This document shows positions 1 to 18,706 of a stretch of DNA of 64,000 nt, one piece after another; the first letter of the stretch is position 1; each line of letters starts with the position of its first letter. The notes beneath the pieces were generated by a model. That model saw nothing but the letters and a program-made list of their open reading frames with translations, was not told the origin of the DNA and ran no database searches. The DNA comes from the human T2T-CHM13v2.0 reference genome, Homo sapiens. The stretch lies in NCBI RefSeq assembly GCF_009914755.1, contig NC_060926.1, one strand, 5' to 3'. The position numbers and the translations under genes were made by a program.

Positions 1-1358
1 GATATAGACCAATGGAATCGAACAGAGGCCTCAGAAACAACACCACACATCTACAACCATCTGATCTTTGACAAACCTGACAAAAACAAGAAATGGGGAA
101 AGGATTCCCTATTTAATAAATGGTACTGGGAAAACTGGCTAGCCATATGTAGAAAGTGAAACTGGATCCCTTCCTTACACCTTATACAAAAATTAATTCA
201 AGATGGATTAAAGACTTAAATGTTAGACCTAAAACCATAAAAACCCTAGAAGAAAACCAAGGCAATACCATTCAGGTCATAGGCATGGGCAAGGACTTCA
301 TGACTAAAACACCAAAAGCAATGGCAACAAAAGCCAAAATTGACAAATGGGATCTAATTAAACTAAAGAGCTTCTGCATGGCAAAAGAAACTACCATCAG
401 AGTGAACAGGCAACCTACCGAATGGGAGAAAATTTTTATAATCTACCCATCTGACAAAAGGCTAATATCCAGCATCTACAAAGAACTCAAACAAATTTAC
501 AAGAAAAAATCAAACTACCCCATCAAAAAGTGGGCAAAGGATATGAACAGACACTTTTCAAAAGAAGACATTTATGCAGCCAACAGACACATGAAAAAAT
601 GCTCATCATCACTGGTTTTGCAAATCAAAATCACAATGAGATACCATCTCACACCAGTTAGAATGGCAATCATTAAAAAGTCAGGAAACAACAGGTGCTG
701 GAGAGGATGTAAAGAAACAGGAAGGCTTTTACACTGTTGGTGGGGCTGTAAACTAGTTCGACCATTGTGGAAGATAGTGTGGCGATTCCTCAGGGATCTA
801 GAACTAGAAATACCATTTGACCCAGCCATCCCATTACTGGGTATATACCCAAAGCATTATAAATCATGCTACTATAAAGACACATGCACACATATGTTTA
901 TTGCGGCACTATTCACAATAGCAAAGACTTGGAATCAACCCAAATGTCCATCAATGATAGACTGGATTAAGAAAATGTGGTACATATATACCACTGAATA
1001 CTATGCAGCCATAAAAAAGGATGAGTTTCATGTCCTTCGTAGGGACATGAAGCTGGAAACCATCATTCCGAGCAAACTATCTCAAGGACAGAAAACCAAA
1101 CACCGCATGTTCTCACTCATAGGTGGGAACTGAACAATGAGAACACTTGGACACAGGGTGGGGAACATCACACACTGGGGGCCTGTGGTGGGTTGGGGGC
1201 AGTGGGGGAGGGATAGCATTAGGAGATATACCTAATGTAAATGACGAGTTAATGGGTTCAGCAAACCAGCGTGACACATGGATACCTATGTAACAAACCT
1301 GCACATTGTGCACATGTACCCTAGAACTTAAAGTATAATTTAAAAAGAAAGAAAGAAA
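1..1358 (+). mobile_element. L1PA (primate LINE-1) 3' portion: ORF2 C-terminus, 3' UTR and A-tail; antisense in MRPS5 intron 10
   Basis: ORF 156..1133 is the L1 ORF2 C-terminus ([21 protein letters not shown]...[10 protein letters not shown]) with small lesions. It is followed by the G-rich 3' UTR, 'cctagaacttaaagtataa' and an A-rich tail. Confidence 0.96.
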
Positions 1359-1370
1359 ACGTGAATATAA

Positions 1371-1718
<348 letters not shown>

Positions 1719-1797
1719 CAAAAATTATTTTTAAAATTAAAAAAAAAAAAAGTTGTAGCAGTCATTCAAACATCATTGAGATATAAATGTATCTAAA

Positions 1798-2122
1798 CTA
1801 TGCTGCCCAACATAAACATGATCCAAGTCGTAAGCAGAAGCCATATATATAATTTCAAATGTTCTCATAGATGCATTTTGAAAAGTTTTTTTTAAAAAGT
1901 TTATTTAGAGATGTGTTTTATTAACCCAATATGTCCAAACATTATCATTTAAAATGTAATCAATACAATAATATTTTTGAGATATTTTATATTCTTTTTT
2001 TGTACTAGGTCTTTGAATCCTGGTGTGTATTTGATAATTAGAGCACATCTCAATAGCCACATATTACGTGCTCAATAGCCAGGCCCGCTAGTGACTAGTG
2101 GCTGCTGTATGGGACAGCACAG
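1798..2122 (+). mobile_element. MER33-like hAT-Charlie DNA transposon
   Basis: Terminal inverted repeats ctatgctgccc...ggacagcacag; 'atctaaac' on both sides (1791-1798, 2123-2130); internal 'aacccaatat...gcacatctcaat...gctagtg' resembles MER33. Confidence 0.75.
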
Positions 2123-2975
2123 ATCTAAACCTTGAAGTCCACTCAACACCTTTTCTAAAGACAAAACACATGGTTTTTATCCAGCATTTAAATGATTAAT
2201 TATGGCTTTAAAGCAGAAGGCAAGTTCTAGTGCATTAACACAACTGATTCTGTATTTGAGGGTTTTTTCCTGATTTATTTCCAAGCCATGGCTCTAGCAA
2301 CGTTGTATTAGAAGCTTTGATATGAAATTTTAAATATAATGTTTCATCTCTTCTGACTCACACTTTTTGAGACTTATATACCAAAAGTTATATAAAATCA
2401 TTTTTTACTGTAGAACTACAGGTGAAATGCAAATCAGCAGGTTCAAGAATCCTACACTCAGAGACCACTAGGCATGACTGCCCTAGCCCATGACCCTGAA
2501 CTCTGCCTGCCTGCCTGCTTGTCCACAAAACAGGAAAGACCATCTCTGCATCATCCCTAGTGCTTAGCATAGCACCCAGCTCACAGAAGGCATTCAATCA
2601 GAATTTGATGAGCACTAAACACCTGGACCTGAGTCAGAACTGAAACACCTAAATGCATCAATGAATTCCCTATGAGGAACTAATGTTCCCACTCCTCCAA
2701 ACCCTACTACTCACTCAGGTGCTATTTCCCGTTTCCAATGTGCTCTCCCCACCGTAAATTATTCCTGGAACAGGCCTGTGCTCACAGTAGCCTGTGTGCC
2801 TTGACTATTCTTATTTCTCCAAGAGCCTCATCGTTCTTAAATCTAACATAAGCCTTTTACATTTTGGTGTTTCCAAGATGAGTTCAACTAAAGATGAACA
2901 AAAATAGAGGAGAGGATAGAACTGTTATAATTTCTCTGCTTTATCATCAACAAATGGTAAGAGTTTTAAAGTTAC

Positions 2976-3038
2976 CTTTGGGTTGTTTCTTCATCTTGAT
3001 ATGCGTCCTTTTAAATCTTAATGAAATATCATGGAATA
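2976..3038 (-). CDS. MRPS5: MRPS5 coding exon 10 (63 nt; [22 protein letters not shown])
   Basis: ctccag| acceptor, |gtaact donor; frame continuous with exon 9; ribosomal S5 C-terminal region. Confidence 0.95.
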
Positions 3039-3338
3039 CTGGAGGGTAAAAACATAAACACAAGAGGATTAGGTGTGTGGCTTTAATAAGCCTTTGCAAA
3101 TATCACAAAGCAATGTATACTAGCCTCAACAGCCAGCACATATTGACCAAAGATAAATGGTAAGCTCTGATTTCATTCATTTTAGTAACCTTCTTAGGAG
3201 ATTTGTTTTCACACTTCATATATTTGTAAGAATGTAATAAGAGAGAAACACAAAGATACCTATAGAGATACATTGTCACACAGACTTTAACAAATGTAAT
3301 CCTGCAAATTAAAAAAAAAAAAATAGATTATCACTCAC

Positions 3339-3396
3339 TTGTATGGTCTTCATATCGTTCTATATAATGCAAATGGTGAACTGCTCTGTTCTTTGC
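3339..3396 (-). CDS. MRPS5: MRPS5 coding exon 9 (58 nt; AKNRAVHHLHYIERYEDHT)
   Basis: tttcag| acceptor, |gtgagt donor; phase 0 to 1. Confidence 0.95.
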
Positions 3397-3603
3397 CTGA
3401 AAGGAAAATGTTTTTCTTAACTCTATTGTTGAAATTTACATCTTTTCAAGGATTCCAAAAACACTTTTAATAAAAATGTTTCATTATCAAAAATTCACTT
3501 ACGCAAAAAGGTTAGTATATACTTCTAAAATATAAGGACTTATTTTTTAAAACTCTTAACTACAATATCACTATCACCCCTAAAAAAATTAACAATAATT
3601 CCT

Positions 3604-3903
<300 letters not shown>

Positions 3904-4178
3904 GTAACAATTCCTTAGTATCTTCAAACATTCTGTCAGTGTTCAAACTTCCACAATTGTCTCATAACTTGGCTAGACAATTACAAATCTGATAAAAAAT
4001 GGTGCAAAGGAATATAAGTACTTCTGAAACTGATTTTTATGAGCTAATTAACCCTTGACAGCAAGCCTCATGGGAAGGTTCTGGGACAAATTATTATTGT
4101 TTTGTGGTTCCCACTGTGTCTGGCATATAACTTACTAATCTTTTACTGAGTGTCAACAAAGAAAAAAAATGTACATAC

Positions 4179-4225
4179 TTTCCTGAAAGCATCCATCCGA
4201 TCAGTAGCTTTCCCAATAGAAAAAC
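4179..4225 (-). CDS. MRPS5: MRPS5 coding exon 8 (47 nt; GFSIGKATDRMDAFRK)
   Basis: tttaaag| acceptor, |gtatgt donor; continues the S5 motif GxGKA. Confidence 0.94.
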
Positions 4226-4373
4226 CTTTAAACAAAAAAGCAAAAATAAGAAAAGAGACAGAAATTTTGCCCATGTGGTTTTTGCCACATTTCAAGTTTC
4301 TGCTCCTACAATATTTCACAGCACTTCATCTTTCCACCACCCACAAAAGACTTGCTATACAAAACCATTAATA

Positions 4374-5178
4374 GGCTGGGTGTAATGATTCACATCCGTA
4401 ATCTCAGCACTTTAGGAGGCTGAGGTGGGAGGATCGCTTGAGCCCAGGAGTTTGAGACCAGCCTGAACAACACAGCAAGACTCTGTCTCTATTAAGAACA
4501 AAATTTAAAAAATTAGCCAGGCATGCTGGTGCATGACTGTGGTCCCAACTACTCAGGAGGCTGAGATGGGAGGATTACTTGAGTTTAGGAGTTTGAGGGT
4601 ACAGTGAGCTATGACTGTGCCACTGCACTCCAGATAGAGCAAGACCCTGTCTCAAAACAAAAAAAAAAAACCTAACAATAACAAAGCACGAGGCTACAGA
4701 GATCTGTTTTGAAGCATTCTGGAAATAACAAATTTAGATGTATTTATAAAATCCAAGGTTAGATGCTGCCTTTTAAAAATATCTAGATAAAATACACTCA
4801 ATTTAAAAAAAACTAAATATGCTTTAAATGAATTAGGCAAATCACTTTGAACATTTAAAGATAGATTAAAATAATCAGAAAGGGGCCAGGTGCAGTGGCT
4901 CACGCCTATAATCCCAGCACTTTGGGAGGCCAAGATGGACAGATTGCTTGAGCTCGAGTTCAAGATGAGCCCGGGCAACATAGTGAGAATCCATCTCTAC
5001 AAAAAATATAAAAATTAGCCAGGCATAGTGGTAGGTGCCTGTAATCCTTGCTACTCAAGAGGCTGAGGTGGCAGGATCACTTGAGCTCAGAGAGTTGAGA
5101 CTGCAGTAAGCCTTGATGGTGCAACTACACTCCATCCCAGGTGACAGAGCAAGACCCTGTCTCAGGAAGGAAAAAAAT
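4374..5178 (+). mobile_element. Two AluJ elements (4374-4670, 4884-5178)
   Basis: AluJ-type 'gaggatcgcttgagcccaggagtt'; the second copy is flanked by 'atcagaaagg'. Confidence 0.9.
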
Positions 5179-5479
5179 ATCAGAAAGGTTGGGAAAAAAC
5201 ATCCACTGCTATAGAGTAAAACCATGATTTCAATGGAACTTCAAATGGAATTCAGATTTTAATTAGCCAGGAAACCAAATCAATGACTCTTTAGTTTATG
5301 AACACTTCACTATGAAATACAGTTTACCAGCAGTTACAGAGATACTGCCATTATCTGCTGCCACTGTATTTTGTTTTGAACAACGTATTTTGTTTTTAAA
5401 TTATACATGGGAAAATAACATAAAACAATACTGCTCTATAAGATACAAGGGACCTCTGAGACCTGGGACAAAAGAGGAT

Positions 5480-6330
5480 GTGAATGCCAATTCCTAGTTT
5501 AAACAAAACAAATTAAACCATGGAAGTCCTAGAGGAAAATATGGGGAAACTTACTAACATTTACAATCTTCAAATGAGGCTTTCTAAGCAAGACACAAAC
5601 CCGAAGTGATAACTAATATTTATAACCCTGTAGTGATATAAGACTGATAAATTTGCCACAGAGCTTAAAACTTCTGTGTGGAAAAAAATTAAAACCTAAG
5701 TCAAAATATCTGACTAAGGGCTAATGTCCTTAACTTACAAAGAGCTTATACCATTCAATAAGAAAAATAATAACCACCCAACAGAAAAACGGGCAAAGCA
5801 TATAACGAACAGATCTCAAAAAGGAAATAACAACAGCCAATAAACATGTAAAATGGTGTTCAAGCTCTCATAATTTAAAAAATGCAAATCAAAACTGAGA
5901 GATTTGTTTCACAGATCATACTGACAATCAGTAAGGTCTGATGAAACCCGAAGTTGGCAAGGGTGAGATGGTGTAGAGAAACACAGACATTGATGCAACC
6001 TTTTGTGGGGAGGCAATCTAGGAATATTTATCAGCACTTAAAATACATATAACCTTGGGGCAGCAATTTTACTGCAAGAAGTTTCCCCTATTGATATACT
6101 TGCAGAAGTAAAACAAATTACACATAAACGAACTGTACAGTTTTTTATAATTAGTAAAAATTTGGAAACAACTTAAATATTCAGCAGTAGGGAAAAGGTT
6201 ACAAAAATTATCCATGCACAATGGAACACTTTGCAACCAGTACAACGAATCAAGGAGAATGTTTATGTTAATCTGAGTATTAATATCTCTGAATATAATA
6301 CTATGTCAGAAAATCAAGGTGCAAAATTAT
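5480..6330 (+). mobile_element. Old L1M (L1ME-like) 3' remnant
   Basis: Decayed L1 motifs such as 'gggcaaagcatataacgaacag', 'aatgcaaatcaaaac' and 'ttggaaacaacttaaatatt'. Confidence 0.6.
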
Positions 6331-7028
6331 GGCTATAATGTGATCCCTTTATGTAAATTTTTTAAAGATGTATGATAATAATATGAACATAAAATTTAGG
6401 AAAATTACAAAAGTAGCTGTTAGGCCTGGTTTCCTTTGGCCACATACTATATATATATGTATTACTTTTGTTAAATGTCAGTATGGGCTAACTAGGCCAT
6501 TTTCCTGTGTTCTTTTCCTTCAACAGACATGAATACATTTCAAAAACAGGTGTCCACTATGTTAACTATACATAGGAGAAAATTTAAATCATCAGCAAAC
6601 CTACTAATTGGAGTAAACACTATTAACCTTTACAGTGTACAGTTTTCCAGTCTTTTCTTGGCACATAAATATACTTTTAAAAAAGAAAAAAACAAAACTA
6701 GGATTTTATATGGTCTTATATAACGTTTTTGTGTTTTTTTTTTTAACTTAGCATTATTTTAAAACTAATTTCCCATAATTCTTTAATGGATACAGAATAT
6801 TACAGTGTATGGCTACACTGTTTTTATAACCATGGCCCTATTGAACATTTAGTTTTTCTCCCTAATTTTCCACTATTATACATAATAAAATAATGTCTTC
6901 AGCCTTTTATAATATTCCTTTTCCTCAGAGGAAAAGGCAAGTACAGTAGAATCTATTCTCTCTTTTCTCTCTAAGGGAAGTCATGGACTTACCACAAGCT
7001 TTGTGAACCCAAACCACTAAAAGGTTTA

Positions 7029-7232
<204 letters not shown>

Positions 7233-7769
7233 CTAAAAGGCAAAATGTCTCATAAATATTGCACATTAAGAAAATCTGAAGGAGGGAACTGGAGGGAGCC
7301 GCCTTCCTTGCAGGCATACACGGTGAACAGGCACACACAGAGAACAGGCACACCATCCTCCAACTCCTGAGCACAAGTAACAGCCTTTTTCCAAACAAAA
7401 CCTCCTCCTGGACTGTTTCAGGGAGAAAACAGAAATGAGACTTTCTCTTCATTTCACAGGCTTATGATAACTGAGAAAACCTTTAAAGGAATTTGACATT
7501 ATACATCTCGATATACCCTATCTTAATGAATGTATTACAAGAAAGAAAAAAGTTGCTGATCAAACTTTGATGTAATTTATCACTGATTATAAGATGTAGC
7601 CCAATGTCAGAGATGTTAAAATGTGAGGAAAATGTACACCTCAGAAATTATGATATGCAGTATATAGACATAACCAGCACAGGACTGGCCTCTACGCTAA
7701 GGATTAACATATTTGGAAATACCTGCTTATTCTGTGTATTTTTTTCTGTGTATTTAAAAGGCCAGGAAC

Positions 7770-8059
7770 AGCCGGGCACAGTGGCTCATGCCTGTAATCC
7801 CAGCACTTCGGGAGGCCGACGCAGACGGATCACGAGGTCAGGAGATCCGAGATCATCCTGGCTAACACAGTGAAACCCCGTCTCAACTAAAAATACAAAA
7901 AATTAGCCGGGTGTGGTGGCAGGCACCTGTAGTCCCAGCTACTCGGGAGGCTGAGGCAGGAGAATGGCGTCAACCCGGGAGGTGGAGCTTGCAGTGAGCC
8001 GATACCACTGTACTCCAGACTGGCAACACAGCAAGACTCCACCTCAGAAAAAAAAAAAA
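7770..8059 (+). mobile_element. AluY
   Basis: Clear TSD 'aaaggccaggaac' on both sides; AluY-type 'gagaatggcgt'. Confidence 0.95.
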
Positions 8060-8924
8060 GGCCAGGAACTATTAAACTGTTAACTAAACTGCTTACGTGG
8101 CAGCTGGCTCTCTGGTGCATAGCTGTCTCTTCCCCATAAAATGGGGTTAAAAGAAAAGGGAGCTTGAATCCACCTCTGTGGATCTTATAGAAAATCACCC
8201 ACATATATACAAATTCTTCAAAGAGATTAACTTCTAAAAGCTGTAAGTGGGAATACCAAAGACATAATATGTGTAAACATTTTAAATCCTACAGTGCAAT
8301 TGATATTGAGGAAACAATACATACATTCAGAGGCTCAATCACAAACTCAATAAATGGTTATTCCACATGGTATTTAACACTGAGCATTCAGTGCCAGCTC
8401 AAAGGGAAGTTGGCTATTTTAGAGAATGCTCCGCAAAGTGACTATAGTTTACCTGATACAGACTTTAGTTTCAAGGGCCTGTGAGCAACCCAGAGACCAT
8501 TTCCCCATCAAGAACCAGACAGGCACCACAACTCTTAAGCTTTCTACCCTGCCCAGGGCTCCCTGCAATCCCAGATCCCTGCATAGACTGCTAGATACAG
8601 CTGGTTTATAATTCAAACATAGACTCCCAATGCTACTTTAGGAAGGAGATAATTTAAATCTCATCTCCAAATCCTGTAGTTAACAATACCACCTTATGAG
8701 ACCTCAGTGGTAGCTCCCCGCCCCACAGAGAGGGTAGTAGTCAGAAGAGCCAGTATCCAGTAACTGAAATTAAAGTTGCACAATTTTCCTTACGCAGATC
8801 AGCTGTGTGTCAGAAATAGTCATGCATCCAAGGCCTTCCCTTACAGTTCCTCTTGCCCTGTCCCTGCCCCACCCACCCCAACCTCTCCAAAGGCTTAACC
8901 AGGTATTTAATTCTGCATGCCTAC

Positions 8925-8959
8925 CTCAAGTATCCTGGTATCAAAATCCTCATATGTTT
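8925..8959 (-). CDS. MRPS5: MRPS5 coding exon 6 (35 nt; ETYEDFDTRILE)
   Basis: ctacag| acceptor, |gtaggc donor; links phase-1 exon 5 to phase-0 exon 7. Confidence 0.93.
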
Positions 8960-10614
8960 CTGTAGGGAGAAAAGAAACAGGGATACAGATGAAATGTGTG
9001 TACACAATTAACATGAAAGCATTTTCAACACAGGCACCATCACAGACCTTTCGGGGAGAAAGAATCTCAGATCTTTTGGTCCCACTCTCAAGGCCATGCC
9101 CCAGTCACCCCTCATCACTAGAGACTGCTCCACCAGTTAAGTTCATAAACTCAGTCACTGATCTCCCCACCTGCACCCTCCTCCCCATCCATCTCTCATC
9201 AGCTCCTGGCCCCTCCAGACCCTGGATCCCTGCTCTCCCTTCTGCTTCCCTCCCTCTCACGGCCTCTCCCCCTAGGCCAAGACACCACAGTCCATCATTT
9301 CCACGAAACTTTGTGATGCCCTCAACCCCTTCACCCTTTGCTCTCTCCACCATACTAGCCAGGCCTGAATCCATGCAGCTCTCTGGCCACTCCTGACCTG
9401 CTGGGTGCTGCTGGAAAGAAGTCAAAGTATGCATACACAGGGCCCACTAAAAATCCATGAGCCCCAATTCCGTCAAGTCCTCCCTGCTGCCAGCTGGCCT
9501 TTATGTCCTTTCGGTTAGGTCTCTCTCAGTTCACCACTGCAGCCATTTCAAAGACTCCCTACGTTCTTTTATTTTCAAAATATTTTTATCACAGACAATT
9601 TCAATCAAACAAAAATAGAACAGCAGAAAGCTTATGTATACATTAGTCAGCTTCAACACGCATCAACTTACAGCCAATCTTTCCTCTAAACTCTGCTCAA
9701 CTCTCACTACATTGGATAATTTGAAGCCAGTTTCAGATACTCTACCTTTTCGTAAAGAAATAATCTGGAGGCCATAATCATCAATGTCCCCATCTCACTC
9801 TCCGCAGATGATTCCACCTCTTCCTTACAGACCAACTGCGGCCACATCACACAACACCCCCACCTACCTTTCCACTACAACCCCACAGGCTCACCTGATT
9901 CTGTGCCCTGCCCTTCCTTCTGTGAGCAAGTGAAGCCACTTCACACTCTGAATCTGGGCTGTCATTAGGGACTTGGTTCATGGATTTTGTTCTCTCCCTT
10001 CCATACCTTCATCCTCCTGACTGAAGCATTTTGATCAGTTCTAAGCATGTTCTTTGGAATCTCTCCCCTCCAGTTTCAACCTCTTCCCTCCTCTTTAAGC
10101 CAAACTTCTTAAGAAAGCAGCGAAACTCTTACCTATTTCCTCTTCTCCCACTCATTGACAAGAACACATCTCTTGGATGATTTTTACTGCTTTACATACT
10201 CACGGAGGGCTGGGGGAAACTTTGTTTTCAAATTTGGCCTAAGTATTTTCAATTTTTGCTTCATTTGTGTTTTTATAGGGTTAACATGACAACTATCTGC
10301 TTTGCTGATTTCTAGTACAGAAACAGCATTCCCAAGCCATGCTGCTCCACAGGTGTCCCTGTGGCCACCTGTGTTTTGGAAACAGTGTATCCTATAGGCA
10401 GCTCCTGTAGGTCCACAGTGCACATCCCCACGTTTAAGGATCTGAGAAGGTACATGATAAATACCAGGAACCCAGTGCTTTCTATCCTGTTAGTGGAATA
10501 CTTCTGCACTCCACAAAATACAGTTGGGATATTGATGTGATATGTTATTTCAAAGATGTTCAAATCTTTTTTGGAAAAAGGTAGTATAAACAGACAAGTA
10601 ATAACACCATTTCA

Positions 10615-10965
<351 letters not shown>

Positions 10966-11905
10966 TTAAAATGTCAGGCAATGCATGTACAGATAATGAT
11001 GACACACTGTTCACTGGAGCTTAAGCTAACATTATTAACTTGGTAGGTCACTTGGCACAATCAAAATTTTAAATATACTTCATGGTATTACCTAGAGAAA
11101 CACTCACATACAGGTACAAGGCATATGGATGCTTGGACAAGGACGTCCACTGAAACATTATTTGCAAAGGCAAGAAATGCAACTAATACAAATGTCCAGC
11201 AATTATGGACTGGTTAAATGAACCACAGCGTCTCCAGCATAGGAAACACTCTGCACTAAATCAAAAGAACAAGGTAACTCTCTAGGTTCTGATGTGGAAT
11301 GATTTCCAAGACCTATTATTGAGTGAAAAAAGTAAACTGTAAGACAGCATGTACCATGTGATATAATCTAAATTTTTTTTAAAAAAGAAGATATCTATTT
11401 CTTTTTAGCTATTTATATATAAATTAATAACAATTTAATACATAATACCTTTTGTATTCATCTTTTTAGGTATTTATGTATAAATACCTAAAATTTAATA
11501 CATAAATACCTTTTTAGGCATTTATGTATTAAAAAACTGAAGGAAACACACCAATATGAGGCCAGTGGTTTCCTTGAGGGAGACAATAGGATTGAAGAAG
11601 GTAGAAGAAGCATCCAGGGGGACTTCAAGTTTCTCTATAATCTACATTTTTTACTGAGAAAGTATAAATACATGATTCTTATAATTTAAAAAAAAAGTGT
11701 TAAAAAAATAAGATATAAGTAATAAAGAAAAATATCCAAGTAGACATGCGATGCTGGAAGTGTGGTGCCAGGTGTTTTCTTTATCCCTGAAGGCCATTAC
11801 TATCAAAGATGGTTTGTCAGCAAGCACAGTACAAGACGGGCTGATTGAAGTACACTACACTATTTTTACTCTTCCAAAAGCATGAGTATAAACAATCACG
11901 TGTTC

Positions 11906-12126
11906 TGGGTGTCAACAAACTAAGGCCCACAGGCCAACTCAGTTCGTGACTTGTTTTTGTAAATGAAATTGTACTGGAACATAACGATGCCTATTCGACT
12001 GTGTGTTATCTGTGGCTGTTTCTGTGCTACAACAGTAGAGTTGAGCAGTTGCAAAACAGACTATGTAACTCACAATGCCAGAAACATTTACTATCTTCCC
12101 TTTGCAGGGAATATTCGCCAACTCTC
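11906..12126 (+). mobile_element. MER58A-like hAT DNA transposon
   Basis: 'ggtgtcaacaaactaaggcccacaggccaa...gcagttgcaaaacagac...atttactatc...gccaactc'. Confidence 0.75.
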
Positions 12127-12417
12127 CATTTAGTCTCTATTTTATCACTAATTATAACCTATTTGAGGGCAGGCACTATTATAGGAGATGACACCTAGGG
12201 ACATTTAATGCTTGCTGAATGAATAAATCCATTTCTATGGGATTTTCCTCCCCCAGAATCCTGGGGCAATGAGTAAGTCAACTGGTTGAATTCTAAAACC
12301 ATAGATCGTAGTGCCCTTCATAAGAAATGTTTTGATGCTTCTAGTTTGTAAAATATCTATAAAATCTGGGGTAAGAAACTTACAAAGCACTTTAGCTATT
12401 TTTATAAATAAGTTTAC

Positions 12418-12543
12418 CTTCACCAATGATCTGACCCCTGTTCAGATCCTTTCTTTTCTTCTTTTTAGTTCTTTTGCCTCTTCCTTTTTTTGCTCCAGCA
12501 CCAGTCTCTGCTAAAGCGCCTTTCCACAGCTCATCTGCAGTCA
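12418..12543 (-). CDS. MRPS5: MRPS5 coding exon 4 (126 nt; [42 protein letters not shown])
   Basis: ttacag| acceptor, |gtaaac donor; phase 1 to 1. Confidence 0.95.
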
Positions 12544-13022
12544 CTGTAACGAAACAGGGTTTCTTTTCTTAATTCTGTAGTTTTCAAGCAATGGTCTATG
12601 ATCTCCTATTGAATAATAAGAGAAGTGGAGGTCAGCTTACAGCTTTACCCATGCATCACTGAGGTAATGAAAGCAAAATTAAATCATCCTTTGCACACAT
12701 CAGACGGTTACACTTGGAAAGCCCAAGAAGAGACAATTCTATTACTTTCCTCCACAAAACTCTCACTAAATATTTTATTTTTCCCTCTAACTGCTTAAAA
12801 GCCAGCATTCAAATCTCAGTTACTTACCAATAGGTTCGTTTCCCTGACATTTTATCAACCATGATATAGGCGTCTTCCCTGTCCTCTTGCCTCCATTATA
12901 ACCACTAAGATAACTAATAACTATCCTTCCTAAGTATAAGTTTTCTAGTCCAAACAAGAATCAACATTTCAATCTGAACCCACAAATCTGGAACACAATC
13001 TATGGTTATAAAATCAACTGTT

Positions 13023-17073
<4,051 letters not shown>

Positions 17074-17563
17074 AATCCTAATTTCTTTTAATTTGCCTAA
17101 TGCTGAGTTTTAAACTCAATCTCCATTTGTTACCTGACAAGCTAGTCTCAGTTCAGATTAGACTCTTTTAAATGCTATCACAAATAAGACTAGTGTTAGT
17201 GAACAATATCTCCTTACAATTAACTTTTTCCAATTAGATGTCCTGTCTCCTCAACTAAGGCACGAATGAAAACATGAGTATATTCTTGGTGTGAATCTAA
17301 GTCAGCAAGAGATATGGGCCATGATTCAATACCCTTCAGGCCTCAGGTGCCCCAAACAAGGGGACTAAAGCAAACTAGTACTCCCCAGAATACAACTGGT
17401 AGCATGTGAGATAATTCTAGGATGTACATCAAGGAACATTTTCATTTTAACAGTACATTGTAAACTAATCACTAAAATCTTAATTCATGTAAAAAAGAAG
17501 AAAAATTCAGATATAAGAAATCCTTTTCCTGTTTCAAGAAACAGGAAGTTTGTGGCCATTCTA

Positions 17564-17764
<201 letters not shown>

Positions 17765-18016
17765 CTAGCATCAAATAATCATTACTAACAAAAATAAGTC
17801 ACTAAAATCCTGAACTTTTAAGAATCAGATTTTTAGGAGTCTTTCTTTTAAAAATAAAACTTTTGATCAATAACAACCTAAATGCCCAGCCTAGTTGGGA
17901 AAGTTATAGTTCATCCGCACAACGGGGGCAGCTGGGTAAAGAAAGAAGCAGATTTGTCCATACCGCAGTTTCAGCACTGCATTCGCTAACCTAGGTCAGC
18001 AGTCTACTCTGGGCAA

Positions 18017-18035
18017 TTGGCGCCCTCTGCTGTAA
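18017..18035 (-). promoter_or_regulatory. Candidate CTCF site
   Basis: Minus strand reads ttACAGCAGAGGGCGCCaa, one mismatch from the CTCF core CCASYAGRKGGCRS, with its CpG retained. Confidence 0.55.
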
Positions 18036-18407
18036 ACAGCCAGCAACGTATTGCTGTGGAAAGACCTGCAACTGGCCAGGTCAGAAGAGCAAGGTGCAGG
18101 AGAGCATGTACACTATCCTACTCTTCATGTTAAAAAACAAGGAGTGGGTGTGAATGCATTTTATAGACTAACCCAGAAGTATGTAAGAACCTGGAAACAA
18201 CGGTTGCCTCTGGGAGATGAGTTACTCAACTGCACAGAGGAAGACAGATGACACACTGAGTTCCCTCTTAGCTCACTTAATGAATTAGTCAATAAAAAAG
18301 TAGACAGGAAATACGGGCTTTTCATTTTTAAACTCAGGACTTCATCATTCTAAATTCCATCATGCAGCATACACTTTAGCTTTAGCTTTTCTTGTATGCT
18401 CCTTAAT

Positions 18408-18706
18408 TTTCTTTTTTTTTTTTTTTGAGACGGAGTTCTGCTCTTGTCACCCAAGCTGGATTGCAGTGGCGCGATGTCAGCTCACTGCAACCTCCACCTC
18501 CCAGGTTCAGCGATTCTCCTGCCTCAGCCTCCCAAGTAGCTGGGATTACAGGCATGCGCCACCACACCCAGCTAATTTTTGTATTTTTAGTAGAGACAGG
18601 GTTTCACCATGGTGGCCAGGCTGGTCTTGAACTCCTGACCTCGTGATCCACCCGCCTCGGCCTCCCAAAGTGCTGGGATTACAGCTATGAGCCATCGCGC
18701 CTGGCC
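18408..18706 (-). mobile_element. AluS
   Basis: TSD-like flanks gctccttaattttc / gctctttaattttc. Confidence 0.92.

Noticed and set aside
156-1133. 325-aa ORF as a host gene or active L1 ORF2
   Set aside because: It is the L1 ORF2 C-terminus with a small deletion and a locally shifted frame ([20 protein letters not shown]), i.e. a decayed retroelement.
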